From Paraspadella gotoi (Eukaryota > Animalia > Chaetognatha), in the NCBI GenBank assembly GCA_051294375.1, contig JBJCIZ010000239.1, positions 2,803,476-2,867,475 on the forward strand: a stretch of 64,000 nucleotides of DNA. Direction: 5' to 3'. The notes beneath the pieces are model-generated. The model was not told the DNA's origin, did no database searches, and saw only the letters and a program-made list of their open reading frames with translations. This document shows positions 37,050 to 52,857 of this stretch, one piece after another (within the stretch, counting starts at the first letter, position 1; every line of letters begins with the position of its first letter). The position numbers were made by a program, and so were the translations under genes.

Positions 37050-37781
37050 TTATCGTTTTAAGAATCCTTGGACGGCTGCCGATCCCCTGATTTCTCCGCT
37101 AGAACGAAGGCCACCGGATTCCTTCGGCCCGGCGGCGTTACCGGAATTTTGGCTTCCCAAAGGTTTCTTGGCGGGATAGGGCTTTTGCCTATTTTGTGGT
37201 AGATTATTTTGACCCGAGGGAGCAGCGGGACCATTCCGAGTCATTTTTCCCGCGCCGCTTCTCGGATCGCCTCGACTTCCGCCTTCTCTCGCGACGCCGC
37301 GAGTGCCGGGGTCCGCGCCGGCATCGCCGCCGGGAGGAGGTTGTTGTTCTTGACTCTGAACGCCCCCACCTGGGTGGCCACCGGCGCCGCCTTGAGACGG
37401 CGCCCCATTCATGCGTTGCTGCTTGACCAGTTCGCTGTTGGGTTCCGACATATTGGGGTTTTCCACAAAAGCCATGCAAAAGTCATCGATTTTCTGAATC
37501 TCTCCTCCTTTTCCAGAATACAAAGTTAACGCATCTTTCCAAATGTTTGCGTAACCTTTGAGTATTTTACAAATGTCCCCGGCCTGCATGACGGCGCCGT
37601 ATTCGTCCCAAACGGACAAATCGATGCATCCAGTTTTATCCGCAACTTTAACGCGTCTAATGGTGTGACCGTCTTTAGTGGTTGTGGGTTTTCCGATTTC
37701 CAAAACGATGAAGATAATGTTGAGTTGCTTCATTCCATGTTTTAGGTTACGAATACACGTGAAATTTGTATCCGTAGTCAT
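37050..37781 (-). CDS. NABP: SOSS complex subunit B (NABP1/2, OB-fold ssDNA-binding), intronless
   Basis: LNIIFIVLEIGKPTTTKDGH..VKVADKTGCIDLSVWDE..GDI...LTLYSGKGGEIQKIDDFCMAFVENPNMSEPN; G/P-rich tail. Confidence 0.93.
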   Translation of the reverse strand: MTTDTNFTCIRNLKHGMKQLNIIFIVLEIGKPTTTKDGHTIRRVKVADKTGCIDLSVWDEYGAVMQAGDICKILKGYANIWKDALTLYSGKGGEIQKIDDFCMAFVENPNMSEPNSELVKQQRMNGAPSQGGAGGHPGGGVQSQEQQPPPGGDAGADPGTRGVAREGGSRGDPRSGAGKMTRNGPAAPSGQNNLPQNRQKPYPAKKPLGSQNSGNAAGPKESGGLRSSGEIRGSAAVQGFLKR

Positions 37782-37854
37782 AATCTTACGCAAGCTTAAC
37801 CGTTATAAAAACAACTACGTAAAAAAAATATATAAAAATGCAGAAGTATTAAAA

Positions 37855-38994
37855 TCATGACTGAAATTTTAAATAAAGAAACCTAAAATAATCCCAAACC
37901 GTCAAAACTATTGTCGAGTGCGGCACTAACCGTAAAAAAGCCGGTCCATAACCTTTATATAAAGCAGAAAAACCTTCCGTACTAACGGTTTTAATCAAAC
38001 AATCAAAAGAATTTTTGTACTTTTTTTCAAAACCACATTGATTAAACATTCGTGTAGTAACAACATCGATTGGAGTAGACAAAGTAACTGCAACTATCCC
38101 ACTTACGGAAGCCATAAGCACTAATCGGCAAAAATGATGAGTCACTAAAATCTCGTTTACTTCAAAGTGGTGTTTTAAATAGTTAAAGGTAACTAATTGA
38201 GCGGGGGATATCGCAATAGCTCGAAAAATACTGGAACCGACTCCCTGTGAAAAACCTAGAATACCTTTCTCCCGATTTATTGTTCTAAAGGCGTGAGACA
38301 TTGACGTATGACCATGTTGATGACCGACAGCAATTTCTTGAGCAGCCTGAGATTGTAACTGAATCTTGACCAAATAAAAAGGGTTGGCGAGTATGGCACC
38401 AACACTAGCCGAAAACATCGCCCCGATCGTGGAACGATAAACACTAGGTGTACCATCTAAATTTTTTAAATAACCATTATTATCAAGAGATTGATAAATT
38501 CCCAGTCGCGGTCCGTTGACTAATCTTTTAATAAAAAGCATCACAGAGTAAATGAGAAATATTATTTTGACATGTTAAGACAGCGTTAAGACAAATTACG
38601 ATTTGTCCTTTTTAAAGCATATTTAATTAAACTATTTAAACAAACTTACTTTTTTATAAGGCACAATCTATTCCAAGATTTTTAATTTCTGTTTTTATAA
38701 TTTAACTCTCTACTTAGCCGTAATGCTTTTATTAGAAAGTTAAAAAACTGACACTTGATACCACATAGCTGGAATCATTCCTTTTTGCAGGGATACGACG
38801 CCTTCATTTTTGGCCACAACATACATGCCATGAAACAAATTTTTATACAAAATGCGGTGTTGTCCTTTAGGTTTTAGTTCTCCTTGTAACTGAATTCGAG
38901 TTTTCATTAGATCCAATGGATTGGTGAATATAACTGCAAAGGCAGCAGATAGAGCACCCAACCAACATTCTATCAAGCCAGGTATTTCAGGCAT
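37855..38994 (-). CDS. SLC25A35: Mitochondrial carrier of the SLC25A34/35 family, 2 exons
   Basis: FTNPLDLMKTRIQLQGEL, LQKGMIPAMWYQ, NGPRLG, PFYLVKIQLQSQ..IAVGHQH, PIDVVTTRMFNQ, LYKG..FLRLVPH. Confidence 0.88.
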
Positions 38995-39426
38995 AGCAAC
39001 AGTAATACGCGACGGGCCATGTCATTATTTTATAAGTCGCAATATCCATTGCTCCAATGGAATCAGTTCATCAGATTGAGGATAAAATTTTAATAAGGTT
39101 GATGAAGGACATGACAATGGGGTCAGCAATCCAACCGTCCCTGCTGAGGTTTGAATAACCTGTGAAGAAATCATTACTAAAAACGTGAAATTAAGTGATG
39201 AAATTAGACAAATTAAAACCTTGACCAAATCAAATTACGAGTAAACTTAGAACAAAACTTCCTGGGCAAAAATTTCAAAACAAATTTGTGAAAAAAAGGA
39301 AAGTGGATTTGATTTAATAAATTTTTAACAAAAAAAATCCTCAACTAAAATTACATTTTAGCGTACTCCGTCTTTAAATAGATTTTATCGAAATTTAATT
39401 CGAGGGAGCAAATCCCGGAAGCTAGC

Positions 39427-42400
39427 ATGGTAGACTTCAACTCGTGGTCTGATTATGCGTTAGATCTGGTCTCTAAATTCCAAAGTGTCAATGGCAGCAT
39501 GGACGACTTCAGGTTCCAACTACCAAATTCTTGATAAAATTAAACTCGCCCACAAAAATAAAGCCTCTTTACAACATTCAGCGCTTGCGGACAAAACTGG
39601 GGGTTTGACGGATACAACGTCTCGCAATACGTTGAATTCGACAAAGAAAGCGACGACCCTTGTCAAACCTCGGACACAGAAGGAAGCTTTAAAAGTAAAA
39701 GTAGTCGGACAACCATAGGGTGCTCGAGACATAAATGCGAAGGAAGTGATTTTGAGGAAACTTTAAGCGACTTCAACGTCGAAGTCGGAGAATGGAGAAG
39801 CGACCACCGAAAACGCGAGTCGAGCGCATTTCTAGACATTCATCACCATCATCGTCATCACAAGCATCATGACGACTCGGGATCAGAATTAGAGGAAATC
39901 AGAACGAAGAACAGGTGGGAAAAGTGTATCGAGTAGTTAAAGCCTTAGGCTTAGGTAGGTCATAATTTTTCTTTAAAATCGAGCGATATTCAGATTTGCT
40001 AATGACTCCGTATCCTCTTCCGATATTGGAACAATAAATCAAGAAAAAGTTCCATTATATTGTCCTCCACACCGACGCGGAGTCAAAAAAACTTACGAAA
40101 AATCCTGGGAAAGAACAAAAGAAAAACGACATCAAAAGAAAAGAGGCATCCCCAAGCGAAACGAAACCACCACAAATATATTTCATCTCAAGGTATGCCT
40201 ACGACGGTGGCCTGTGATGAGTTTGAGTGACACTTTCTCAATGCTCAGTTAATTACGTAAAATATTACATAAGTTCGACACTTAGCGTTAAGGACTTCTT
40301 TCTTTTGTTTAAAAAATAATAATAATTCACAGCAAAGGTCGCCCGCGATGACTTTGTCTTACTATCCGATGAATAGATGCGAAAATTGCAGTCTCCTTGA
40401 TAGAAATGTATGCATAGGACCTCAAACAACCTGTAAGTTGACGCCGCATTTCTAGATATGGTGTATTAAAAAAAAATCAAAATGGTCTTCAGGTCTTCAC
40501 TACTGAAAACTTTTTTCTCAGATGTGGATCAATCGTGGATTGAGAGAGTTGGAGGAATCTGGATGTGGCGTCCTTATGAAAAATTCTGTATGACTTCTCA
40601 ATTAAGTATAAGAATAAGAATAAGTACAGAAGGGTTCATATTATAAAATGAGGTACCCCTTTTTTGTGACCAGAATCTGTTCCCACCAAACTACCTGATC
40701 GAATTTCATGAAATTTTACATATAGAGTCTTAATGACGATATAAATTTTTTTAGTAGCATCAAGTGCATTAACGTTTTAAACATATAAAAAACATATTTT
40801 AGAACTAAAATTGATAAGTTTTCAATAATTAAGCTTGGTTTGAAGATGCATGGTTCATCGTTTTACTTCCAATTTTCCCAAATTATTCCAAATCTAACTT
40901 TATGGCGACAACTGCTTGTGATTATAAAGCTGAAAGTTAAGGTAAACAAATATTTTAGTGGTAATAAATATGTTTTTGTGGAAGAGTAAACGTCTGTGCA
41001 TCTGTTCAAAACAAAAATAATTTGGTGACACTTCTGGAGGCTCATATCTCGGCTTAGGGGTCAAATATTGAAATTCGCCTCGATAGTTCTATTTGTATTC
41101 ACATATGGATCATTCATACCAAATTTCAATGAATTTGGTCCAGTAATTTTCTCGGAACGTGATTTGGTCACAAAAAAGGGAACTTCATTTTATAATATGA
41201 AGCCTTCTGTATAAGAATTTTCCAATATTTTTGTGTTTTTTTGGGTTTTATTACGTTTAACAAGGTACACCAGAAACGGATGTTTGGGATGTCTTTCCTG
41301 CTGTGAAGCCACTTTGGTCACAAAGCCTTGAATCTACGCTCTCTATCGAGGATTTTCGCATTTTACGGGTGAAGTAACATCAGTATTGAATGACATGAAT
41401 GAACCTACAAGTTGGAGCTCAACAAATAAATAATCTCAAGACGTAAAATTTGTCTTCTATCCAATCGCTAACTTTATTACTTCTGATTTTTTATTTGGCT
41501 TAAGCATATAATGACCCAATACGATGCACAAGATGAAGCGCAAAGTGAATGTGAGAAGATGTATGCCGAAATGATAGCGCAAGAAAAACTTTCAAATGAA
41601 AGTAAATATGGTTCTATGGATATCAAATACCAGGAAGAAAACGCCAAAGAGTTGGCACAAAAACACAACCAGTAAGCGAAACGATCTGAAGTAAAAAGTA
41701 AAATATCTACAACATCTTTCATCGCGTCAGGAACGACAAAGCAAAGTTAACCGAGGAGGAGCAGGCGCGATTAGAAGCATCAAGTCCGGACCAGACTATG
41801 TTCTTCTACTCCGGATTCAAAGCAGATGAAGGTGTCGGGGAAACCGGGAAGACGTCGCAGTCTTCACAGTCTCCGCAGGGGGACGTCGAGTCAGACTTAA
41901 TTGAACCCGCAAACAAAGAGAGACAACAAAAGAAGTTGCAGGGAGACGCCAAAAAGGTAGAATAAACAAGAAACTCTAAAAAATTGTGTTCTTAATTCAA
42001 ATTTCTCGCATCTAGTCTAAATCACATTTGAATCTCGGGGATATACAATTGGAAAACGTAGAGAGCTATGAGGACGAAGAACGTAAATTAACCGGAGATT
42101 CGGCTATTGGATTTAAGACTTCGATGTCAGGTTTGGAAAGAGCGATAATCACTGCCGCTTGCAAGCTCGGCAATCATCCCACAATGTTTATAAAAGCCCG
42201 TCATTATACCAGATAAAAATGATGCTTCTCCTTTCGAATTCAAGGCGGCTATCACACGCTAGCTTCAGACGCACCCGATTTCTACAAGAATATTCATGTA
42301 TTTTCTGAGGAATTTCCGAATGCAGTCAATGATGCAGTAAATCCACAGAACTTGGAAGGGAGGAGTGACAGAAAAGTAAAAGGCAATGACGAACTCGTTG

Positions 42401-44693
42401 ATGGACGGAAACGATCGTCTGGTGGAGATTCAAAAGGAAGCCATAACTCTTGGCGGGAAAAACAAACGAGTTCTCCCCTCGAATATCAAGACAAACTTAA
42501 AAGGGAAAAATCGTTGGAAAAAGGCAAGTTCTCTAGAATTCCCTTTTTCTTCGTTTAACCGTACTTTTTGTGAACAGAATTTTCCAAAGAAAACAATGAA
42601 AGGCATTCCGGACAAAAAATGCCAGAGTCAAATGGCCAAGGAAAAATTGAGAAGGACAAAGACGACGAAAATCTTACTTACCTCAAAAAGAGAGAAATGG
42701 AACAAAGTGAGGATGAACAAAAAAAGGAACAAGGACAAATAGTCAATAATAAACAGAGAAAAGGCAAACCCAAGGGAAACTATCAAGACGAGAACGACGC
42801 TGGCGAAGACGAATCCGACGATGACAATGAGGCCGAAGATGATGATTTGCCTACAGTGAAAAAAGGAAAAAAAGGCAATGAAAGACAAAGAAAAGGCAAA
42901 CGGTCGGGAAAGGATCAAAATGAAGTCGACGAAGATAAAAATAACGAGGACGAAGACAACGATGCCGAAGATGAAGATTTGCCCGCAGTGAAACAAGGTA
43001 AAAGAGGCAATGAAAGACAAAGAAAAGGCAAACGGTCGGGAAGGGATCAAGACGAAGATAAAAATGACGAGGACGATGAAAGAGACAAAGATGATTTGGA
43101 TGAAGATGACGAAAACGATCAGGCTAATCAAAAAGAAAAAGGAAAAAGACAAAACGACGACGAGTTCGAAGATGATATGGAAGACGAAGACGGCGAGCAG
43201 GTATAAGAAAAATTCATAATTTTACTTTACAATTACAATTTTTAAATAAGAACGTCGATAGGACGAAGAGGAGTTTGACGAAAACGTAAACATCTCCAAA
43301 TGTGCCAACTGCGAATGCGAAACTTTCTGTTCAGGTCAATCGACGAGGAGTTACGAAAAGTCCAAATTTATTTTTAAAGATAAGTTAAAACAGGCGCCGC
43401 GAGTTCGGTCCTTCGCGGTTCGACGTCAAAGAAAATCAACGGTCGACACGTCACTAATTCAGTTTACTCATCCATGAAAAGAAGCGACAACCCGTCGTCG
43501 AGACCTACCACGACTCGAAACAGATCGGCGAGATCTGGAGTCGATTATTATTACACGCAGACATCCTCGTCTGGAAAATCGTCGGGCTATACGATTTCAA
43601 GGCCACAAACGACTACGCGAACGCCTCGTCGGATCGACTTCAGGGAGACCAAATGGTCAAAAGGACCGAAATCAAACAATCGTCGCTCATTTTCATCGTG
43701 GGATCGAGAACGAGAGACGGGATTGATGCCGACGACTACTAAGGGGAAGAAGTATCCGAGTTCCTCGATAGTCTCAGCGGGAACGACGATCAATCGAGAT
43801 TCGGTCAGGGATTCATATGTTTACGATGAGAGGCCGACGACGGCATCGACGACGATGACACCGAAGAGTCAACGTTACCTCGTTTACAAAGCAGAGGCGA
43901 AACGCAAAGGAAAGAAGTTTCCCCACTACACCGTCAATTATTTGAGCCAGGATCAAAACGGTAGTGGTTTTGGAGGAAGCTACGGAAGCAGCTACGGAAG
44001 CAGCTACGAGACCAGCTACGATACCAGCTACGGAAGGAGTCATGAGGGAGATTATAGAGGAAGCTATGCCGGCAACCACGGTAGAAACAACGGAGAATTT
44101 TACGAGAAGCATTCCAGATATCCCAAAAGCAGAAACGTTTACAATAAGAATTATGAATATCCTAAGCGGGAGGAGCAGCAGCAAAGAAAAACCGAGGCGA
44201 AAAAGTAATGAATAAAACAACCTGATCAACTAATTAACACTAACAAAATTTAACTACTTCAGTGAAAGGTAGAAATAACACAAAAGGAATGAAAACATAT
44301 AAAGCACACCCTTTAAACTAAGATGAACACGTTTAGACTATAGATATCGAATATTTTTTATCTTTACAGTTTCAACATTTGGTTGGCTAACTCTGCCACA
44401 AATTCTCAAAAACGCCTTTCAAAAAGAAAAGGACAACAACGCGACGGATGGAAATTAATGGACGAAGATGCATTTCAAAACCAAAACAGGGAATTCCAAC
44501 AGGTTAGCCCGCCATTACAGATATTTTTTGTAATAAATTTAATTGGTTTTTTAACATTTTATGACCATTTATCTATCATTTATCCATCAGCCGAAAAGAA
44601 CCATAATATTTGTTTTTACAGCTCGAGAAAAAAAGGAATGACCGAAGGATGCGACTTAAGACAGAAGCTAAGAATGTACCTCTGGCCAAATAG
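39427..44693 (+). CDS. Multi-exon orphan protein (His-rich patch, Cys-containing segments, D/E/K-rich repeats, S/Y/G repeats); boundaries approximate
   Basis: Chain of open GT-AG-bounded exons (about 39720-39914, 40333-40431, 40522-40587, 41265-41368, 42579-43200, 43462-44204, 44370-44502, 44622-44693); no family recognised. Confidence 0.55.
40627..41209. mobile_element. MITE (Tc1/mariner-type) in an intron of the orphan gene
   Basis: About 45-bp TIRs cagaagggttcatattataaaatgaggtacccttttttgtgacca / tggtcacaaaaaagggaacttcattttataatatgaagccttctg, TA on both flanks. Confidence 0.9.
42820..43050 (+). repeat. Coding tandem duplication with a 132-bp (44-aa) period
   Basis: Two copies of DDLP(T/A)VK(K/Q)GK(K/R)GNERQRKGKRSG(K/R)DQ. 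Confidence 0.9.
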
Positions 44694-45952
44694 AATCACC
44701 AATTGAAATTTCGATTCGCTTTATTATGTAGTCGTCTTCCTTGCTATACTTCCATAACTTAACTTGTAAAAGCTAAAAACGTCAAAATGAAAAATCAAAA
44801 TACAAGATAGCTTTACATGTGAAAACATAAAGCGATAATCATAGGGAAAATAGAATATTGACAGGCAAAAAAAGCTCACAATTTGGAACCATGGAAGTTA
44901 AAAGTAAAAAAAAATCATGATAGATTTTTTTGAAGGGCATTTACCTATAGCTGGGTCCAGAGAAAGCTTAAATGTGACCGACTTGCTCACATGGCCCGAA
45001 AGAAGAACAACGCCGGAACTTGTCTCTTATAAGCAAACTTCTTTGGCATGACATTATATTAACGTCTGTTACATTCTATTCTTCAAATTTTATAGAAAAA
45101 ATACCTAAATTTCAAGAGGAAACCGATAAAAATAAATAGTTCAACTTTGATTGAATGTGAGTGAATAAGCTCGCTCATCGATATTCAATATTAATTAATA
45201 AATCGGCACAAAACCAAACAAAATATGATTTCTTGCTTTTGTCTCGTAGGAAATAGCTATTTTTTAAACAAAAATTGAAATGAAAACAAAAGAACCATTA
45301 GAGAGATTGAATTCAAAATAAGACGTCTGTATTCCTAGATTTCTAAATTCTAAGTAACGCGTGACGTAATTTACTGCTTTTTCAATCAAGCGATTTCTAA
45401 TGAGAATGATTCAATGCTAGAAAACCTCTTGGATATAAAATTAATTGAGAATCAGCTTTAAAAAAATCAAAATCGGTGGTAATAAAGTAATAAGAATAGT
45501 TTTCATGATTGAAATGTAATGTTGGGCGACAACGAACAAAAATTCTTTTATCCAGAGTATATCAGTCATCATAATATCATTCATAACTACTAAGAGTTAA
45601 AATAATTTTTTGGGTTTTTATATAAAAAAAATAAGTTAAAATATGACACAGATCATTTTTTTTAATGGAATAAATGAAGATTCAATAAGGATTTCTACAA
45701 ATTTAGAAATTTGTTTTTTCAATAACAACAATTTACATAATAATAGCCTTTTGCCAGAGAATCTACCTTTTAATCTGGGTCATAAAATAAACGTATACAC
45801 GTAAATGATTTCTTTAAAAACAGAAATATTAAAAAAATTCATAAAATGTAAATGCATACAGTTGCATTACAACGATAAAAATTAAAATCTAAACGCATGA
45901 TTGTTCCAGACGATAAAATTCGTGAATGCGAATAAAAATTAGTTTCGTGGCT

Positions 45953-49840
<3,888 letters not shown>

Positions 49841-50200
49841 GATTTTCTTTTTAAACTACCAAAAAGAATGATTGACAATTTAAAAAAAATCTTTTTTGGC
49901 GACAAGCACAAGCACCTAAAATCCGGAAGCTAAAACTAAATGAAAGAATTTTGTAATATACCTTATATTTTCCAACAAATAAATGAAGCTTCTCGAGTTT
50001 TTTGGCCAATAGTCAAACCTCTTTCGCATAATATAAATTATTATAGGATTTATTCTGAAAAGAAAATCGAGCTCGAGTGCAATACATAATTCGACAAGCA
50101 TTAATTCTTAGGAATGAGATTTTTTTTTTCGTTCCTTTTGTTCTTATTCAAGAACGAGTGGGGTTTTTATTTTAGTATTTTTTTTTGTTCCCGGAAACGT

Positions 50201-50841
50201 TTAAAAAACGGGGAGACAAACTTTTCCGGCAAAAAGTTCGGAAATGATGGTGAAAAAGATGGACATGACAAAAAGGACGTAGGACGAGCCGACTTGGGTG
50301 GAAGCCGGGAGCTTGTAAGGTCGCCCACCGATCTCGTCGACGTAAAAGCCGATGGGAAATACCAACGCCGCCAGACAGAAGAGAACCTGTTTTCAAAGGC
50401 CAACACTGGTAAGCAACATGAAACTACACACATGAATTTATCTGTATGCTCATTTCTTACCATGCCTACGAACGCTATCCATCTGGCTTGCTGAGTGACT
50501 CGGCGGTGCCAATGCGAGGAGAGCAAGAGCAAGCAAGTAGTCGTAAGACACATGATGCCTAAAACTGTGGGCGGAGAAAGAGTTCGGATAAGTCGCGAGA
50601 CAAAACTAAAAATAATCAAAATAAATTTACCAATAAATACGAGCGTGCAGAGCCACTCGACGGAGAGCGCCGGGTAAGTGCAGATGGTGTCTCTCTTACC
50701 GATCGACTGGCACATCTGTGTTAAACCGAGACGAGTCCCGGAATTTTCCGTGACGATCCATTCGGGGTTTGCTAGCGACGCAATGGCGAAGACGTCGGCG
50801 AGGAAGAAGAGCAGGCCCGATATGACCGTCAACTTGTCCAT
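50201..50841 (-). CDS. MOSMO: Modulator of smoothened (C16orf52), tetraspan
   Basis: MDKLTVISGLLFFLADVFAIASLANPEWI; ARWIAFVGM|VLFCLAALVFPIGFY..IGGRPYKLP..QVGSSYVLF..ELFAGKVCLP. Confidence 0.93.
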
Positions 50842-50964
50842 TGTGGGGACTTTAGCGTGGGCGACCGGTCGGAATCAAGTTCAATGGTTATTTTTAAGTC
50901 TAAATTTGTTTATAACGCGTCGATGGACACGAAAGTCTTTGGAAAAATAGAGGCGGCCTCCGAA

Positions 50965-51249
50965 TCAAAGCCAGAAAAGAAGCCCGAACGCCATAAAAAC
51001 GCAACACCCGGCCACCCAGGGACTTTTTCGCTCTCCGATTCTCGCGCACTTCCAAAACGTACCTGTGTTAGAAAGAACATCATTACATTATCAATTCTGA
51101 ATTTTAATTCAATTACAGAGTGACCGACCGAGTATTCCCGTTTTGTTTTTGTCCAGAATAGAGGGAGCCAAACTCCGGACGTAGGTGCAGGTACAGATGA
51201 GCAACAAGACGCAAACGACGAGAGATTGAAAATTAAAAATCGCCGACAT
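50965..51249 (-). CDS. TMEM167: Protein kish-A, 2 exons
   Basis: [38 protein letters not shown]|[20 protein letters not shown]. Confidence 0.93.
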
Positions 51250-51373
51250 CCTAGAAAGACCTCTTTTTTGAGAAAAACAAACAAGACAAGAGACAAGAGA
51301 TGGTGTAGTATTTAAAAACATCAACGAAGGCACGGAGACCAGAAAAGTTTTCAAGACAAAATTAAACAAAGGA

Positions 51374-52637
51374 TCAACGGTTGGTCTCTAAGCTCTCGGT
51401 GATCTTCTTCCGTACGAGCGGAAAGAGTTTTTCCGCGGCGGCGACGCAAGCGGAGACTCCGGCGTGGAGATCGTCCAGCGACATGGCACCGATCTGATGG
51501 AACCCGGCGACCTGCTTCAGGCTCGGCATGAACCCCACCACGACGCGGCCGCGACCGGCGGCGGCCTCCTCGGCGTCGAGCTCTTCCTCGTCGGTGGGGT
51601 CGACCAGCAAGACGCTCGTCGACTCTGACGTCGCCGGCGACGAAACAATCGATGCGCCGACGACGACGTCGTACATTTGGATCCCGGCGTTGACGAGAGC
51701 GAGGGAAGCGGCGGTCACGGCTGTCGAGAGGGCGCCGCCGCCGTTTTCAAGAATGGTGACAAAGATGTCAACCTGTTCGGACGAGAAAGATACAAGTCAA
51801 TGTTCTCGACGACGTTTAATAACGTTTAATAACGTCTTCATCCCACGACCTACTTGACACTTTGGAAAGGACTGTAGTAAAATGGCCGGTTGGAGGGTTT
51901 CTTGAAGCAGAAGCGAAAAGTCTTTCTCTTGACTGTCTTGCTGATTCCCTCTGCGACATTTCTCGGAAAAGGTGGCGAACTTTAACTCGCAGCAAATCGA
52001 TCCGCTCATGGAAAAATCCTCACGTTTAGACAATTCGCGGGGTCCGAACACGGAGCAAATCACCTGCAAACAATCGCCAGTTGAAAGCATTTTGTCTCAG
52101 CTAAATAACGTCATTTGGGTAACAAGGAGATATTATTATGTATCTTGTGGAAAATCCTAAATCCGCCTCTCGTATAACATGGTCAAACTCTACTCGATAG
52201 CTAAGTACTCGTTAACCAGTTCCCGGTTCAGTCTCCTCACGGTTAAAGCTGGCGAAGTATGATGGTACTACGCCAGTGACATGGGGTCGTCACTGCAGGT
52301 CCAAAGCAGTCCTCACCAGTTGTCGGAAGATGCCTCACACCCCGGGCATCACGCCTATCCCCCCCAGTTGCCTTAACCTAAAATAATCCTTACGATTCTT
52401 GCTACTCTTTAGTCTATAATCATAAACCTTGGTTTTCCCAACTTCGATGTAAGAAGAGCCTTTGGCTTGAGAAACGACGTTGGTCTTAATGAAGAAGGGT
52501 CTCTGAGTTTCCGGCTTTCTTCCGTCTCGTCTTACTCCATCTCCATTCAAGAGGCTTTCCACCGTCGAACGCGCGAAATACAGTTGATACGGAATGCTCT
52601 TCTCCGGCACCGCGAGTCTTTTGTTGTCAGTCGGCAT
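51374..52637 (-). CDS. EXOSC6: Exosome component MTR3 (RNase PH fold), 3 exons
   Basis: [85 protein letters not shown]. Confidence 0.92.
52195..52372 (+). mobile_element. Divergent relative of the 28.9-kb SINE-like element, antisense in EXOSC6 intron 1
   Basis: Degenerate A-box TAGCTAAGT and B-box-like GGTTCAGTC; core 52272-52372 aligns with 29039-29135. Confidence 0.6.
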
Positions 52638-52650
52638 TATATCGTCTTTT

Positions 52651-52857
52651 TTAATTGTGCTTGAAAAACATGAGGCCCACCCACTTGGAGCAACCCAGAA
52701 TGGAGAAGACGGCGACCAAACTGGGAACCAAAAGCAGATAATAGCAGAGGGATGGAGGTTCGAAGCAGGAGTCTAAAGAATTAGCCGGATAAGACTCGGC
52801 CGAGACCGGGGCAATCGTGAAAAACAAAGAAATAAAAGTCCACCGCTCTAGGAACAT
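52651..52857 (-). CDS. PIGY: GPI-GlcNAc transferase subunit Y (PIG-Y), 68 aa
   Basis: MFL start, two hydrophobic segments, SLCYYLLLVP and terminal WVGLMFFKHN*, matching PIG-Y SLCFYSLLLP and WMGIKLFRHN*. Confidence 0.8.
   Translation of the reverse strand: MFLERWTFISLFFTIAPVSAESYPANSLDSCFEPPSLCYYLLLVPSLVAVFSILGCSKWVGLMFFKHN

Noticed and set aside
39025-39228. Small ORF / CTGATGA motif upstream of SLC25A35
   Set aside because: No GAAA partner for a hammerhead and no recognisable protein; most likely 5' UTR
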